Source: Octopus vulgaris (taxonomy: Eukaryota). Taken from it: a stretch of 64,000 nucleotides of DNA. Both the position numbers and the translations under genes were made by a program. Below are positions 43,696 through 59,176 of the stretch, piece after piece. The DNA is taken from positions 44,392,001 to 44,456,000 of the forward strand of contig OX597820.1 of NCBI GenBank assembly GCA_951406725.2, in the 5' to 3' direction. The notes under the pieces are model-generated. The model saw only the letters and a list, made by a program, of their open reading frames with translations, was not told the DNA's origin and made no database searches. Every line of letters begins with the position of its first letter. Positions within the stretch are counted from its first letter, which is position 1.

Positions 43696-43857
43696 TACAT
43701 ATATATATATATATACACGTAAATAAATATATATACATATATATATATATATATACATATATACACATATATATAATGCTTTTGTGTGTGTAAATATATA
43801 TATCTGTGTTTCCATTTATCTAGTTATACGATATGCATGTATACATATATAGATAGG

Positions 43858-43931
<74 letters not shown>

Positions 43932-43946
43932 TAGATATAGATATGT

Positions 43947-43989
<43 letters not shown>

Positions 43990-44487
43990 TACACATATAT
44001 ATATGCATACACATACAGTGAGTGTGTGTGTGTGAGAGAGAGAGAGAATTGCATATATATATTTATATATGTACATATGTATGTATATATGTATATATGT
44101 ATGTATGTATATATGTAGGTATGTATGTACGTTCGTACGTACGTATGTATTTATGTGTGTATGTATGTATGTATGTATGTATGTATGTATATATGTATGT
44201 AAGTATGTATGTATATATGTAGGTATGTATGTATGTACGTACGTACGTATGTATGTATGGATGGATGGATGGATGGATGGATGGATGGATGTGTATACAT
44301 TTGCATGTGTATACATCTGGCTAACAGAAAATAACCCAAGTTAGTTTTCTGCATACTAAACATAGCATCGTGAGTTGAAACATTTCGAACAACTGAAATT
44401 AACCAGCACAAAATTAGATCAGAGGAAGCTTTTGTCTCTACTACTTACTTGGAAAATCTTACTATACTACATACATGTGACCCCATA

Positions 44488-44535
<48 letters not shown>

Positions 44536-44562
44536 CATATATATGTACATATATATGTATAT

Positions 44563-45203
44563 ATATTTAAACATAATCAAATAGGGTAATAAAATAAATT
44601 ATTATTACCAGTGGCCTAGCACAAAAGACGAATTAGTCATTAGACTATTTATTTTTCATATAGAAATATAATAAAAGGCTTCCAAATAAGGAAGCGTAGT
44701 GCTAGAGACACAAAAAGGGATAAATTCATGAAAGGAATGAAAATTAAAAACATTTACCATCTCACCTATATCCCAGACCTGTTAGAAGCACATGTAGATC
44801 TAACGGTTTGTATATCCTAACTTTTCAAACCTCTGCGCAGACGCAAATCATACCCGGTGAACATAGAGGATGCCGGTAAAAAATTTACGAACAAATTTAT
44901 CAAGCAATATTTAAACATAATCAAGTAGGGTAATAAAATAAGAGGTTTGAAAAGTTAGGATATACAAACCGTTAGATCTACATGTGCTTCTAACAGTCTG
45001 TGCGTCTAGGATTACGAAGGCTTCCCACTGAAGAACCTGGCCTGGCAAATATATTCTGTGTGTTTGCTAAAAATAGGTAGAAACCGTTCGGTCTGGGATA
45101 TAGCTGAGATGGTAAAGGTTTTTAATTTTCTTTCCTTTCATGAATTTATCGCTTTTTGTGGTTCTAGCACTACGCTTCCTTATTTGGAAGCCTTTTATTA
45201 TAT
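44563..45203. mobile_element. non-coding foldback Penelope-like element between TA/TG tracts
   Basis: Inverted arms ~44665-44834 and 44941-45203; direct repeat ATATTTAAACATAATCAA.TAGGGTAATAAAATA at ~44563 and ~44908. Confidence 0.85.
45023..45098 (+). ncRNA. type I hammerhead ribozyme, predicted cut after C45093
   Basis: TCCCA-CTGAAGA-ACCT..GGCAAATATA/TGTGTTTGCT..AGGTa-GAAACC gttc GG-TC-TGGGA: intact core, GUC triplet. Confidence 0.8.
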
Positions 45204-45626
45204 ATGTATATATATATATACGTGTGTATGTGTGCATGTGTGTGAGTGTGATAGCTAGTGATAAACATTTCCTGAATAAAAGTCGGTAGATATGTTTCTT
45301 GCGCTCACAGTAAGTCTCGGACACCTTCCGACACGACCGTTCAGTTCATAGTCGTAACTACAACGACATAGACCAGTCCCCGACTCTTACCAACGTGTCT
45401 CGGTGGCATCTTTACCATCAGGCCTTAATATTGTTGCACCAGCGGAATGGCGAACTGTGTCCTCAGTCCTACACCAGATTACCTCCTTTCTCTATTCCCG
45501 TTATTTGCACATTTGCCATCCTATCCACCAAAATTGTTTCCCTTAGCTATGCCTGTTTCTTGGCGGAATATCGCATAATCCCATCACCATGATGATACAT
45601 TTTGCACGTAATATAGGGAACACCTC

Positions 45627-46139
45627 TGAAGGTGCGTGGCTTAGTGGTTAGGGTGTCAGCATCATGATCATAACATTGTGGTTTCAACTCCTGGACCGGG
45701 CGACACGTTGTGTTCATGAGCAAAACACTTCATTTCACGTTGCTCCAGTCCACTCACATGGCAAAAATGAGTAACGCCACGATGGACTGGCGTCCCGTCC
45801 AGCTGGGGAACACATATGCCATTGAAACCGGGGAACCGGCCCATTGAGCCTGGCTAGGCTTTAAAAGGGCGCATTTATTGTGGAGGCGCGTGGCTTCGTG
45901 GTTAGGGTGTCAGCACTATGATCGCAAGATTGTGGTTTCGATTCCTGGACCGGTCGACGCGTTGTGTTCTTGAGCAAAACACTTCATTTCACGTTGCTCC
46001 AGTTCACTCAGCTGGCAAAAATGAGTAACGCTGTGATGGACTGGCGTCCCGTCCAGCTGGGGAGCACATACGCCATTGAAACCGGGAAACCCAGCCCATG
46101 AGCCTGGCTAGGCTTTGAAAAGAACGCATTTATATTTTG
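45627..46139 (+). mobile_element. head-to-tail dimer of SINE family D
   Basis: Two ~255-bp copies with A/B boxes; flanking TSD TAGGGAACA(C/T)CT at 45614-45625 and 46140-46151. Confidence 0.9.
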
Positions 46140-46516
46140 TAGGGAACATCTAATACACAAAACGGCCTGGACATTGGCCACTGCAACAACCGCTACCACG
46201 TTATTATGTACCTCCTACATTGAACGCGCTGATGACGACTTGTAACAGCAAATGAATTTTGAGTAAAAGCTTGCTACACTTGGCTGAGTCGTGCAGTCAG
46301 CTTCATGAACTTACTGTTATATAGGCTGACTTTACCTACTTGGCGTTATCACGGGGTTTTAGGTGTGTATGAGTGTTCGACAGTATTATAGACTGTTGTT
46401 TGCCTACGTGAAGAGACGACCTATATGTTTATATACGTGTAGGGATTGTAAGGGTGTGCGCGGATGAGTATAATAATACACGATAGTTTGCAGCCGTACA
46501 TGCGAAAATGTGTATA

Positions 46517-46580
<64 letters not shown>

Positions 46581-46695
46581 TCTAAATATATGAACAGATA
46601 CATACACAGATTATGTATACATGGAAATATGTATATCGTTGGGTCTTACCTTTCGATAGATAGATAGATAGATACATACATACATAGAGAGATAC

Positions 46696-46822
<127 letters not shown>

Positions 46823-47559
46823 TTCATACATACATGTACATACATATACTCATGTGCATTTGAGACTAAATATATATATGTGTGTGTGTGTGTAAATATA
46901 TATAAATATATATGTCTGTGTGTGTGTAAATATACACATACACACACATACACACGCACACGTGTATCTGTATGTGCATACATAACGCTTAAAGACCATA
47001 CCTGTTTCTAATTTTCCATATTCACTTCCGGTCCTTTCAACTATTCATTTTTCACATATACATACACATATACACACTTTACTTTCATCGTGCTTACGTT
47101 TTGCATTTTACTCTTTCGCATCCTCTTCTCCAACTCACCGTCCTCTAAAACCTGTTTCGAAAGGACACTGTTCCTAACTTTCTATCATGTTTTTGTTTTC
47201 TGTACATTTTACATGATTTCACCCTTGCTTCCTGCTGGTTTAAATGTCAATCTTCCCTGTTGTTTTCACATTAACACTTTAGTATTTAGGTATTAAGTGT
47301 TTGTTTGCATCGTGCTTTGATAACGTTATCGTTAAAAACGTATCTTTTGTGTGCATGCATTGGAGCAATATCTAATATAAATGTGCTTGGGATGTGTTTG
47401 TTATCGTTTTGATTCTGCAGTGAGTGTGTGGGGGGGGGGGTTAGTGTCCAAGGAATACGGTAAAGCGGTATGTTCAGTAGAGTGTTGGTCACAATTCCGA
47501 GCGATATTTATGCTAAGTTCCGAGGATAACTTTGCTTTTAAGCCTTCCAATGAAATCTC

Positions 47560-47860
47560 TCGAGGAGTAAGGAGGTAGGTGTGGATGAGGTTCAGGTTCA
47601 ACATTCTTCGGTCGATGTTTGCTGGGGGAAAAAAAACAGGTGTGGAAAGAAAATTTCCGGAGTGTTGCACCTGAGAAAAGAGATTTAGTTCTTGGAAATG
47701 AAACCGTATGTGATTAATAAGAGGAAGAAAGACAGTGGAGGATGGGTGAGTCTAGATGGATAATGTATGCATCAAGTTCATTTAGATGAGTAGAACCGGT
47801 TGTAGTGGCGATAAGAAATGCAAATAGAAGCTCTTACAGTCTGTTGCGACTAAAACAGGT
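47560..47860 (-). mobile_element. very decayed LINE 3' end (similar trace at ~34000-34230 on +)
   Basis: Traces YRHYN..SFPRT, and HYAQLFLPKTTAIWNS at 34160, resemble LINE ORF2 C-termini. Confidence 0.35.
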
Positions 47861-48120
47861 GAGATTCGGTTCTTTTTCAGCTACACTACTAATGATATCA
47901 AGAAATGGTGTAAACGTGAAAGAGTCTCAAGACAAGGAAAGTAATGACTCAATATGAACCAAAAGCAATCAATATAGTTAGACATGTACATTTCTCCAAA
48001 TAAAATCCTAGAACTAGCAAAACCATTGACTTTATCTTCATATAGTGGTGTATTATAATAATAATAATAATAATAATATTAATAATAAGAATAAGAATAA
48101 TAATAATAATAATAATAATA

Positions 48121-48173
<53 letters not shown>

Positions 48174-48207
48174 AATAATAATAATAATAATGATAATAAT
48201 AATAATA

Positions 48208-48302
<95 letters not shown>

Positions 48303-48303
<1 letters not shown>

Positions 48304-48846
48304 CCTTGATGCAGTATCAGGCAATGGCTTTCATAGTTTCTGATTTTAACTGATTGAAAGTGTTATTTTGTACATTGGTATAAAAGATGGGCTGCACCAA
48401 ATATTCTGCTCAATACCACAGATTTGCTTGTCAGTTGTTTGACCTTAATCAGTTGAGCATGTCCGTTGATGGCTGATGATATGTGCACCTCTGACCACGA
48501 GCGGAGGTAGTGTGGGAGTACCATAGCAATGTGTTGAGAGAAATTCTTTTGGGTTTCGACAATTCACCTTTGAAAACATGGGTGTTTCGTTCAACATTCT
48601 TAAACAACTCTTATCCAAGAACCTTTTGTGCGGGATGGGCTACTCGACATGAAGAAAATTCTAACTGGACCCTACCTGCAAGGTCATGCGCTGTTTATCT
48701 AGATATGAGATCATCATGTCGCGCACATATGGTTGTGATGCATATGCCTAGTGTACCCTTATCAGACTAGTAGTCATAATAGGTATACTGGGCTGCGTAT
48801 ATTTTACTCCAGTGTCACTTTGATGGCATGAACTGTTCTCTCACTC

Positions 48847-48847
<1 letters not shown>
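48303..48847 (+). mobile_element. ~545-bp non-coding insert embedded in (TAA)n
   Basis: Complex sequence with pure (AAT)n directly on both sides and no recognisable ORF; strand inferred. Confidence 0.5.
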
Positions 48848-48904
<57 letters not shown>

Positions 48905-48906
48905 TG

Positions 48907-48977
<71 letters not shown>

Positions 48978-48978
<1 letters not shown>

Positions 48979-50068
48979 GATTAAGTTAGACAAAGCAAAA
49001 TCCCAGCAATGGCTGAGAAGCTCAGGACTCAAAGCAGTGGCTGAAAGATTTTTAATTGCAGCACAAGATGAAAGCCTTCCCACAAGAAATCACCAAAACA
49101 CGTAATGAGAAGAAATACAAGTAACTGCAGAATATGTGGTGATGGAGAAGAAACAATAAATCATATTGTATCTGGTTGCCTAGCCCTGGCTAAGAAGAAA
49201 TATATTCACAGACACGATAGTGTTGGGACCTTTATACACTGGAAGCTATGCCAACACTTTGAAATGACAACAGAAAAAAGATGGTATAGGTACATGCCAG
49301 AAAAGGTCTTATTTAATCGACGCCAAAAGGATGAAAGGCAAAGTCGACCTCGGAACGTAGCGGCAGACAAAATACCGCTAGCCATTTCGCCCGGCGTGCT
49401 AACGTTTCTACCAGCTCGCCGCCTTAAAACAGACGAAATACCTATTTCTTTACTACCCACAAGGGGCTAAACACAGAGGGGACGAACAAGGACAGACAAA
49501 CGGATTAAGTCGATTATGTCGACTCCAGTGCATAACTGGTATTTATTTAATCGACCCCGAAAGGATGAAAGGCAAAGTCGACCTCGGTGGAATTTGAACT
49601 CAGAACGTAGCGGCAGACGAAATACCGCTAGCCATTTCGCCCGGCGTGCTAACGTTTCTACCAGCTCGCCGTCTTAAAACAGACGAAATACCTATTTCTT
49701 TACTACCCACAAGGGACTAAACACAGAGGGGACGAACAAGCTCAGACAAACGCATTAAGTCGATTATGTCGACCCCAGTGCGTAAATGGTACTTATTTAA
49801 TCGACCCCGAAAAGATGAAAAGCAAAGTCGACCTTGGCGAAATTTGAACTCAGAACGTAGCGACGAGCGAAATACCTAATTCTTTACTACCCACAAGGGG
49901 CTAAACACACACAGGACAAACAAGGACAGACAAACGGATTAAGTACAAAACCAAATATATGGAACCCTAGGCATAACACCAACATGACCTTCCAACTTGT
50001 TGTCTCTTGAAGTCTCTAGGCGAGACTTGGAGCCAACTTGTACAAATGTAAAGCAAAAGTCAAACATA

Positions 50069-50070
<2 letters not shown>
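48978..50070 (+). mobile_element. R4/Dong-type LINE 3' fragment in (TAA)n, middle replaced by a SINE array
   Basis: SQQWLRSSGLK..FLIAAQD..CRICGDGEETINHIVSGC..HRHD..IHWKLC; probable 3' UTR 49945-50070 runs into (TAA)n. Confidence 0.85.
49309..49944 (-). mobile_element. tandem array of SINE family A units
   Basis: Units joined at CGAAATA|CCTA(T/A)TTC at ~49440, 49690 and 49874. Confidence 0.92.
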
Positions 50071-50146
<76 letters not shown>

Positions 50147-50147
<1 letters not shown>

Positions 50148-50533
50148 CCTTTCTACTATAGGCACAAAGCCTGGAATTTGGGGCAGGGGACTAGTCGATT
50201 ATATCGACCCCAGTGTTACACTGATACTTAATTTATCGACTCCGAAAGGCAAAGTCGATCTCGGCAGAATTTGAACTCAGAACGTAGCGACAAGCGAAAT
50301 ACCTATTTCTTTTACTACCCACAAGGGGCTAAACACAGAGGGGACGAACAAGAACAGACAAACGGATTAAGTCGATTATATCGACTCCAGTGCGTAACTG
50401 GTACTTAATTTAATCGACCCCGAAAGGATAAAAGGCAAAGTCGACCTCGGCGGAATTTGAACTCAGAACGTAGCGGCAGACGAAATACCGCTAACCATTT
50501 CACCCGGCGTGCTAACGTTTCTGCCAGCTCGCC
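50147..50533 (-). mobile_element. dimeric SINE family A
   Basis: Head, body, tail B, re-entry, body, tail A, then (ATT)n. Confidence 0.92.
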
Positions 50534-50604
<71 letters not shown>

Positions 50605-50961
50605 AAGAAGAAGAAGAAGAAGAAGAAGAAGAAGAAGAAGAAGAAGAAGAAGAAGAAGAAGAAGAAGAAGAAGAAGAAGAAGAAGGAACAAAGACAACGA
50701 TGACAGCAATAACATTAAACAATGTGTTGTTTCTGAAGAGAGTGGGTGGGGATTAAATTTAGAAAACTTCATTATCAATAACTAAATTCTATTTTTGATA
50801 CGTAAATAATTCAAAATATCTTTTCACTATAGTAAAATTTAAAGAACATCAAGAAAAGCAAAAGTTTTATATAAATGTATATGTGTATATGTGTGTGTAT
50901 GGGTGTATACTCGCATATGTGTGTATATGTATATACATACATACATACATACATACATACA

Positions 50962-50997
<36 letters not shown>

Positions 50998-51077
50998 TAC
51001 ATCCATACATATATATACATACATACATACATGCATACATGTATATGTGTGTATATGTATATACATACATACATACA

Positions 51078-51113
<36 letters not shown>

Positions 51114-51704
51114 TACATCCATACATATATATACATACATACATACATGCATACATACATAATTACATACATACATACATACATACATATATTCCAGGTT
51201 ATAGTAACCTATTACAGTACACATTTTACTATTTATGAAAAAATAATGCTTCTTCTACTTCTCTTCTTTCATTTATTTATTTACAATGACAATACACGAA
51301 GAAACGTAAAGAAATATCACCGAAATTGTTGGAATCTAAATCCAAGAGTCCATGAATAATGCTGATAGCTTCCTATTAATAGCATCGCCCAGGATACGAT
51401 GCTCGTCTATTATATGTAGCTTTTATTTTTAACAGCGGGAGAAATTGATGTTACAATATTGGTACAGAATTGACTATGTAATTAAGTAGTGTTTCATAAC
51501 TGCGTTATTTTGATTTGATCCCATTGTCCGAATACCTTGGCAAATGTTTTCCACATTAGCCCCGAGTTGAGCGAAAAACTTCTGGGGAGAATATTGTGGT
51601 ATACGGAAACTATGTGGAGTCTCGTATTCCCTGGGGAAAAAGCGTGAAAGATTCGCAGTGATATACATGTGGAATATCCTGGACTGTCTAGCTCCCAACT
51701 TTGG

Positions 51705-51970
51705 AACAGAAGGCTATGCCAACCACCGAAAAAGATTGTGTGAACATACTCCAGAAAAGGTTTCAGGAAGTGACCAAGCAACCATTTGCTGGGATATGCC
51801 TCTGTATACACTGGTAGAGAGACCAAGGCAAAAATACCAGATATAGTTATCAGAGACCACTAAGAAGAAATGCTTTTTAATCGATATAAGAATCCCAACA
51901 GATGACAATGTAACTCTAAAAGAAACGGAGAAAGTCTCGAAATAGGAAGATCTAAAAATAGATAACTCCA
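51705..51970 (+). mobile_element. R4/Dong RLE-domain fragment
   Basis: EHTPEKV..ATICWDMP..KAKIPDIVIRDH..CFLIDIRIPTDDNV..KETEKVSK. Confidence 0.8.
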
Positions 51971-52009
51971 GTTCGGTGGTTGGTATAGCTTTCAGTTCCA
52001 AATTTCACT

Positions 52010-52327
52010 GCATAGTACCAAAGATCTATGTAGTACCAGTGCCGTAACAGCTTGGCTTTCAAGGGTCTACAACTGTTCAACATTCTGCCAAACAACCTCA
52101 TAGATTTGCGGTGTTTAGATGTGGAGGTCTTCAAAGAACGTCTTGACAATTTTTTTATCTGAAATAATAGATGAACCCACATCGCGACAAAAGGTACAAG
52201 GAAGAACAACCCTGTCCAACTCGCTACGCCAAAAACAGTACAGAAAAAAATTCTGAGCACCGTAAGACGGTGTTCTAGCATGACCGCGGCCTCTGGCTAA
52301 AACCAGTTAAAGACAAAAGATAAAAGG
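52010..52327 (+). mobile_element. decayed CR1-group LINE 3' end
   Basis: NSLAFKGLQLFNILPNNL..DVEVFKERLD..DEPTSRQ, paralogous to 9230-9420; tail GACGGTGTTCTAGCATGACCGCGG. Confidence 0.85.
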
Positions 52328-52337
52328 TGTGTGTATG

Positions 52338-52388
<51 letters not shown>

Positions 52389-52553
52389 ATATTAGGAATG
52401 AATCCAAAATTACAGGGAAAAATCAGATTTAGGGTTAAATCCAATTTTATAGTAAAATATTATATAATATAATTCGAGACAAAACCACTATTTTAAAACC
52501 AAACAAGGAAAGACTTAAACAATACATCAAAATTTGATACTGATTATGAAAAT

Positions 52554-52597
52554 CCACCTGAAGATTGTCGGTAGCAGACATGAAACATTTGTAGTGG
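52554..52597 (+). ncRNA. type I hammerhead ribozyme, predicted cut after A52593, in a small foldback element (~52388-52666)
   Basis: CCAC-CTGAAGA-tTGTC ggtagca GACAt-GAAAC attt G-TA-GTGG; flanked by ~48-bp inverted arms and (TA)n. Confidence 0.72.
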
Positions 52598-52664
52598 CGG
52601 TTTATTTAATTTATATTAAAATTTTATGTATTGTTTAAGTCTTTCCTTGTTTGGTTTTAAAATA

Positions 52665-52735
<71 letters not shown>

Positions 52736-52736
52736 A

Positions 52737-53065
52737 GGTGGTTGTCTACTTCTCATGCAGAGCTTGACCACCTCCTGTACCTCCACTTTAGAACCATCAT
52801 GGCATCTGATGTGGCTTTTTTAACCAGACAATGTTGCGAAAAGATACCCACATAGATTGCATATCCGATTTGGGCCACCAAGAGCTGCAGTTAAGTTCTG
52901 ATCTTTGTGGATCTTAAAATGTCTTTTGAGACCTCCGTTAGATTTTGCAAACCTTCCGGCACACATTGCATTGAAAGGTGTGTATAGACATATAGGCAGA
53001 ATAGTTGGTGGAAATTCGTTTTCCATGGGTTTGCAAATGAGATCTGAGTCCAACAAAAGAAAGGT
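52737..53065 (-). mobile_element. probable RTE LINE 3' end with two C2H2 fingers
   Basis: FQCNVCRKVCK/SNGGLKRHFKIH (frameshift) and ICNLCGYLFATLSG*KSHIRCH, then a short tail into (TA)n. Confidence 0.65.
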
Positions 53066-53649
53066 ATACATACATACATACATACATACATACATACATA
53101 CATACATACATACATACATACATACATACATAAATACATAGGGTCTTAGAACTAAATTTGATGATTTTTCATGTCTTCTTTTTCCAGGAATAGCTTGATT
53201 TATTGGTGAACAGTCAAAAGCTTTGGAAAGTATAAAGATTAAAGTTGTAGGTGAGAAAAAGTTAACTGACATGGAGGACCGGAATCTGCCTGAATATTGA
53301 AAAAAGTTGCTTGTATCATGATGATTCGTGCCGGATGTCACAATGCCGACATCCTGAATACTGTTCAATGTTCTGTGAACAGAAGCCGTGGACAGCAGAA
53401 AGAGACATGTCAAAGATTTTGACTGCATTCACATGCCGGAATACATACAACATCTGCAGGAACAGGACCTTATGCCCAATCCAGACGGCTATTTGAAAGT
53501 GTTGGAGACTGGTAAAACCCTGGTTGGAGAGGGTTGCTGCTGGAAGGTCATATGTGCGACAGCAGTATTCGGCTCCTTGCCAACCCTCTGGAAAGAGTCA
53601 GAAGTTGTCGGAGAATTTCTACGACTTCTCCAGCTCCAAGAAGAAGAAG

Positions 53650-53848
53650 AATCGTTTCTATTATAGATATAAGGGAAAGGCTGATACTCGATTACATCGA
53701 CCCCAGTGCACAACGGGTACTTATTTCATCGACCCCGAAAGGATGAAAGGCAATGGAATGCGACGGAATTTGAACTCAGAATGCAAAGCCGGAAGACTTT
53801 GCTAAGCATTTTTGTCCGATTCGCTAACGATTCTGACAGCTCACCGCC

Positions 53849-53849
<1 letters not shown>
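53650..53849 (-). mobile_element. SINE family A, diverged
   Basis: CGACCCCGAAAGGATGAAAGGC..GAATTTGAACTCAGAA..CAGCTCACCGCC. Confidence 0.85.
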
Positions 53850-53906
<57 letters not shown>

Positions 53907-53907
<1 letters not shown>

Positions 53908-55385
53908 TGAAAACTCACAGCTTATTTTGCTGGCTGAGTATGATGGAAAGTGTCAGCTGTCCACAGCCAGTAGACTTATTTACTGATCATGCTTCAAGAA
54001 CTCTGCGAAGAATTCTTGCAGTTCCAAGCAATGCTGATTTTTGTAGGTGTTCTACCTACATCAATCTTTTCCAGCCATGTTGGTAGTTGAGTGCTGATAC
54101 TTCCAAGTGCACCAATTACTATTGGTAACATGTCTACTCTCTTCATTGACCACAACCTTCGAATTTCCCACTTCAGATCGTCATAGTTGTTTATTTTTTT
54201 CTTCTCCTTTCACATTGATTCTGTTGTCACCCGGACATGCCATGTCGATTATCATACATGTTCTTTCTTTTTTATTCACCACAACAATGTCCGATTTCCG
54301 ATGTCTGGTCGGATGATGGCACTGGGTCATTGCATTCCACAAAATTTTTCAATTCTCATTACCACGTATTTGCTCTTTGTAGGCCGTAATTTCCACAGAG
54401 CTCACAATAGATCATTCATGCCACATTGTCATGGCCTCTTTTGTATTCACGTTGTGCCAATTTCGGGCATTCGCTAACGATGTGTCATACCGTTTCGTCC
54501 CTCTCACCACACATTCTGCATTTGTCGCAATGGGTAGTGTTGTCTATTCTGTACTTCATATAATTGGCCCTTAACGCTTGTTCCTGAGCTGCGCGTATGA
54601 GTTCCTCTGTCTCTATCTTCAGGTCACTGCCCTTCATCCATAGCCTCCGGTCCTCTGTATCTGTCTTGGCGTTCACATCTCTTGCAAACTGACCGTACAT
54701 TTTCTTTTCTTTCCATGCTCTTTCTCTTTTTTTTTTGTTCATTTCTTGAATAAATCTTTCTTTAGTTACACAATTTTCAATGTTCATGAGGCCAGTCTTC
54801 ATGAGTTTCAACAGTGGCTCCACAGCATTTTTTATATACCACCCTAGGTTGTTTTCCTCTGCTTCGATACAGTCCTGGCCACTGATCAAACCTTTCCCAT
54901 CCTTTGCTCTGAACAAATACAGCCTGTCGGTGTCACTCTTAGGAGGGAAGGCTCTGTTTACTGTCAACATTTTTCTGGTCTCGGTATTCATTTTCTTCAT
55001 TTCTCTCTTTTGCCATTTTATAATTTCCGCTCCATACCGAAGAGATACTATCGCCCATGTATTAACTGCTTGGATCTTATTTCATCCAGTCAATTTTGAG
55101 CGCAACACCAACCTCAGTCTTCAGAAATACGTCATCATCAGTTGTTCTTTCATTTCCTTTTCCATTATCTCGTTGAACTCTAGTACACCAAGGTATTTGT
55201 ATCCTTCCGTTTCAGTTAGTTTAATCAAGTCTTTATTCGGTAACTCTGTCCCAGCTAGGGACTGTACCTTGCCACTTTTTGGGAAGATTATTCCGCACTT
55301 CTTAAGTTCAAATTTCATTCTAATATCAGTACTAAAACGGTGAACCGTGTTCAATAATGAACTCACTTGTGTCTCATTTTTACTA
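53907..55385 (-). mobile_element. R4/Dong-clade LINE: late RT, zinc knuckle and RLE, decayed
   Basis: FSTDIRMKFELKKC, YKYLG, DRLYLFRAKDGKGL, AAQEQAL, CRMCGERDETV, SDIVVVNKKERTCMIIDMACPGD, SALLGTARILRRVL*; ends in (CTA)n. Confidence 0.92.
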
Positions 55386-55390
55386 ATATT

Positions 55391-55788
55391 AATCCTTTCT
55401 ACTATTAGCACAAGGCCTGAAATTTGGGGGAGGGACTAGTCGATTGCATCAACTCCAGTATATCAATATATCAACTCAATATATTGACCCCGAAAGGATG
55501 AAAAGAAAAGTCGACCTCGGCGGAATTTGAACACAGAACGTAGCGACGGGCGAAATAACTATTTCTTTACTACCCACAAGGGGCTAAACACAGGGAGGAC
55601 AAACAAGGACAGACAAACGGATTAAGTCGATTATATCGACCCCAGTGCGTAACAGGTACTTATTTAATCGACCCCGAAAGGATGAAAGGCAAAGTCGACC
55701 TTGGCGGAATTTGAACACGGAACGTAGCGACGGGCGAAATACCACTAAGCATTTCGTCCTGCGTCTAACGTTTCTGCCAGCTCACCGC
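55391..55788 (-). mobile_element. dimeric SINE family A
   Basis: Same architecture as 50147-50533. Confidence 0.9.
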
Positions 55789-55806
55789 CAAGCAATAATA
55801 ATGACG

Positions 55807-55903
<97 letters not shown>

Positions 55904-56759
55904 CAGCAACAACAACAACGATAATAATAATAATAAACATCAAGGAATAAAAGTTATACATAAAAAAGAAAAATGTTTTTTATATACGTATATAAAATGT
56001 AAAAGGTTTCCTCGAAGACGAGAGGTCAGTACTAATAAGTTAAAGCGAGCTATCTAAAAATCATAAAATATCCCAACTCAAAAAGCAATGGAAGCGATCG
56101 ATGATTTTTTTATTGAACTGATACAATACAAACATGGCTGACATCAGTTAGAAACTCGTCAATTTATTATAGCCAGTTCACTCAATGTTATTTCCATCAT
56201 TACGTATATAGTTTGTTAGGATGGGCGCCATATTGTTATTGTTGTATGTTGTGTGTGGATGGATGTGAGACTTTTGTTCTTGTTGTTGTGTGTGTGTCTG
56301 TTGTTGTTTTTTTTTTGCTTTATGTGTGGTTGAGTATTATTGTTGTTGTTGTAATGCGTGAATATTCTTTTCATTTTTTTCTAAGTACTCGTTATTTTTT
56401 TTTGTTTTCGTTCATTTTGTATATACGTCTACTCACTAATGCGTGTATTTGTGTTTGTGTGGTGTGTGTGTGGGTGTGTGTAATAATCTATGTATATGGG
56501 TGTGAGGGAGAGAGAGGGAGAAAGTGAGAGATAAATAGAGTGACAGAAAAAATGTAAAAAGCAAGAAAAGGGAAGAGAGAGAAAGAGAGAGGGTGAGATG
56601 ATAATACAATTTGTTTTGTTTTTTTTAGTTTTTGTTATAATTTTGTTTTTGTTTTTCGTCTTATTTTTATATAATTAATTTCCGATGCAGTTGTTCATGT
56701 TGTGGTTATTATTGCTTTCGGTTATCATATTAATGATGATGATAAATGTCACAAATCTG

Positions 56760-59176
<2,417 letters not shown>

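Noticed and set aside
49309-49944. Regularly repeated units suggesting a CRISPR-like array
   Set aside because: Units are ~185-250-bp SINE bodies with no unique spacers, in eukaryotic DNA with no cas genes
52800-52985. C2H2 zinc-finger gene exon
   Set aside because: Frameshift and stop, no TGEKP linkers, and the position fits a LINE C-terminus
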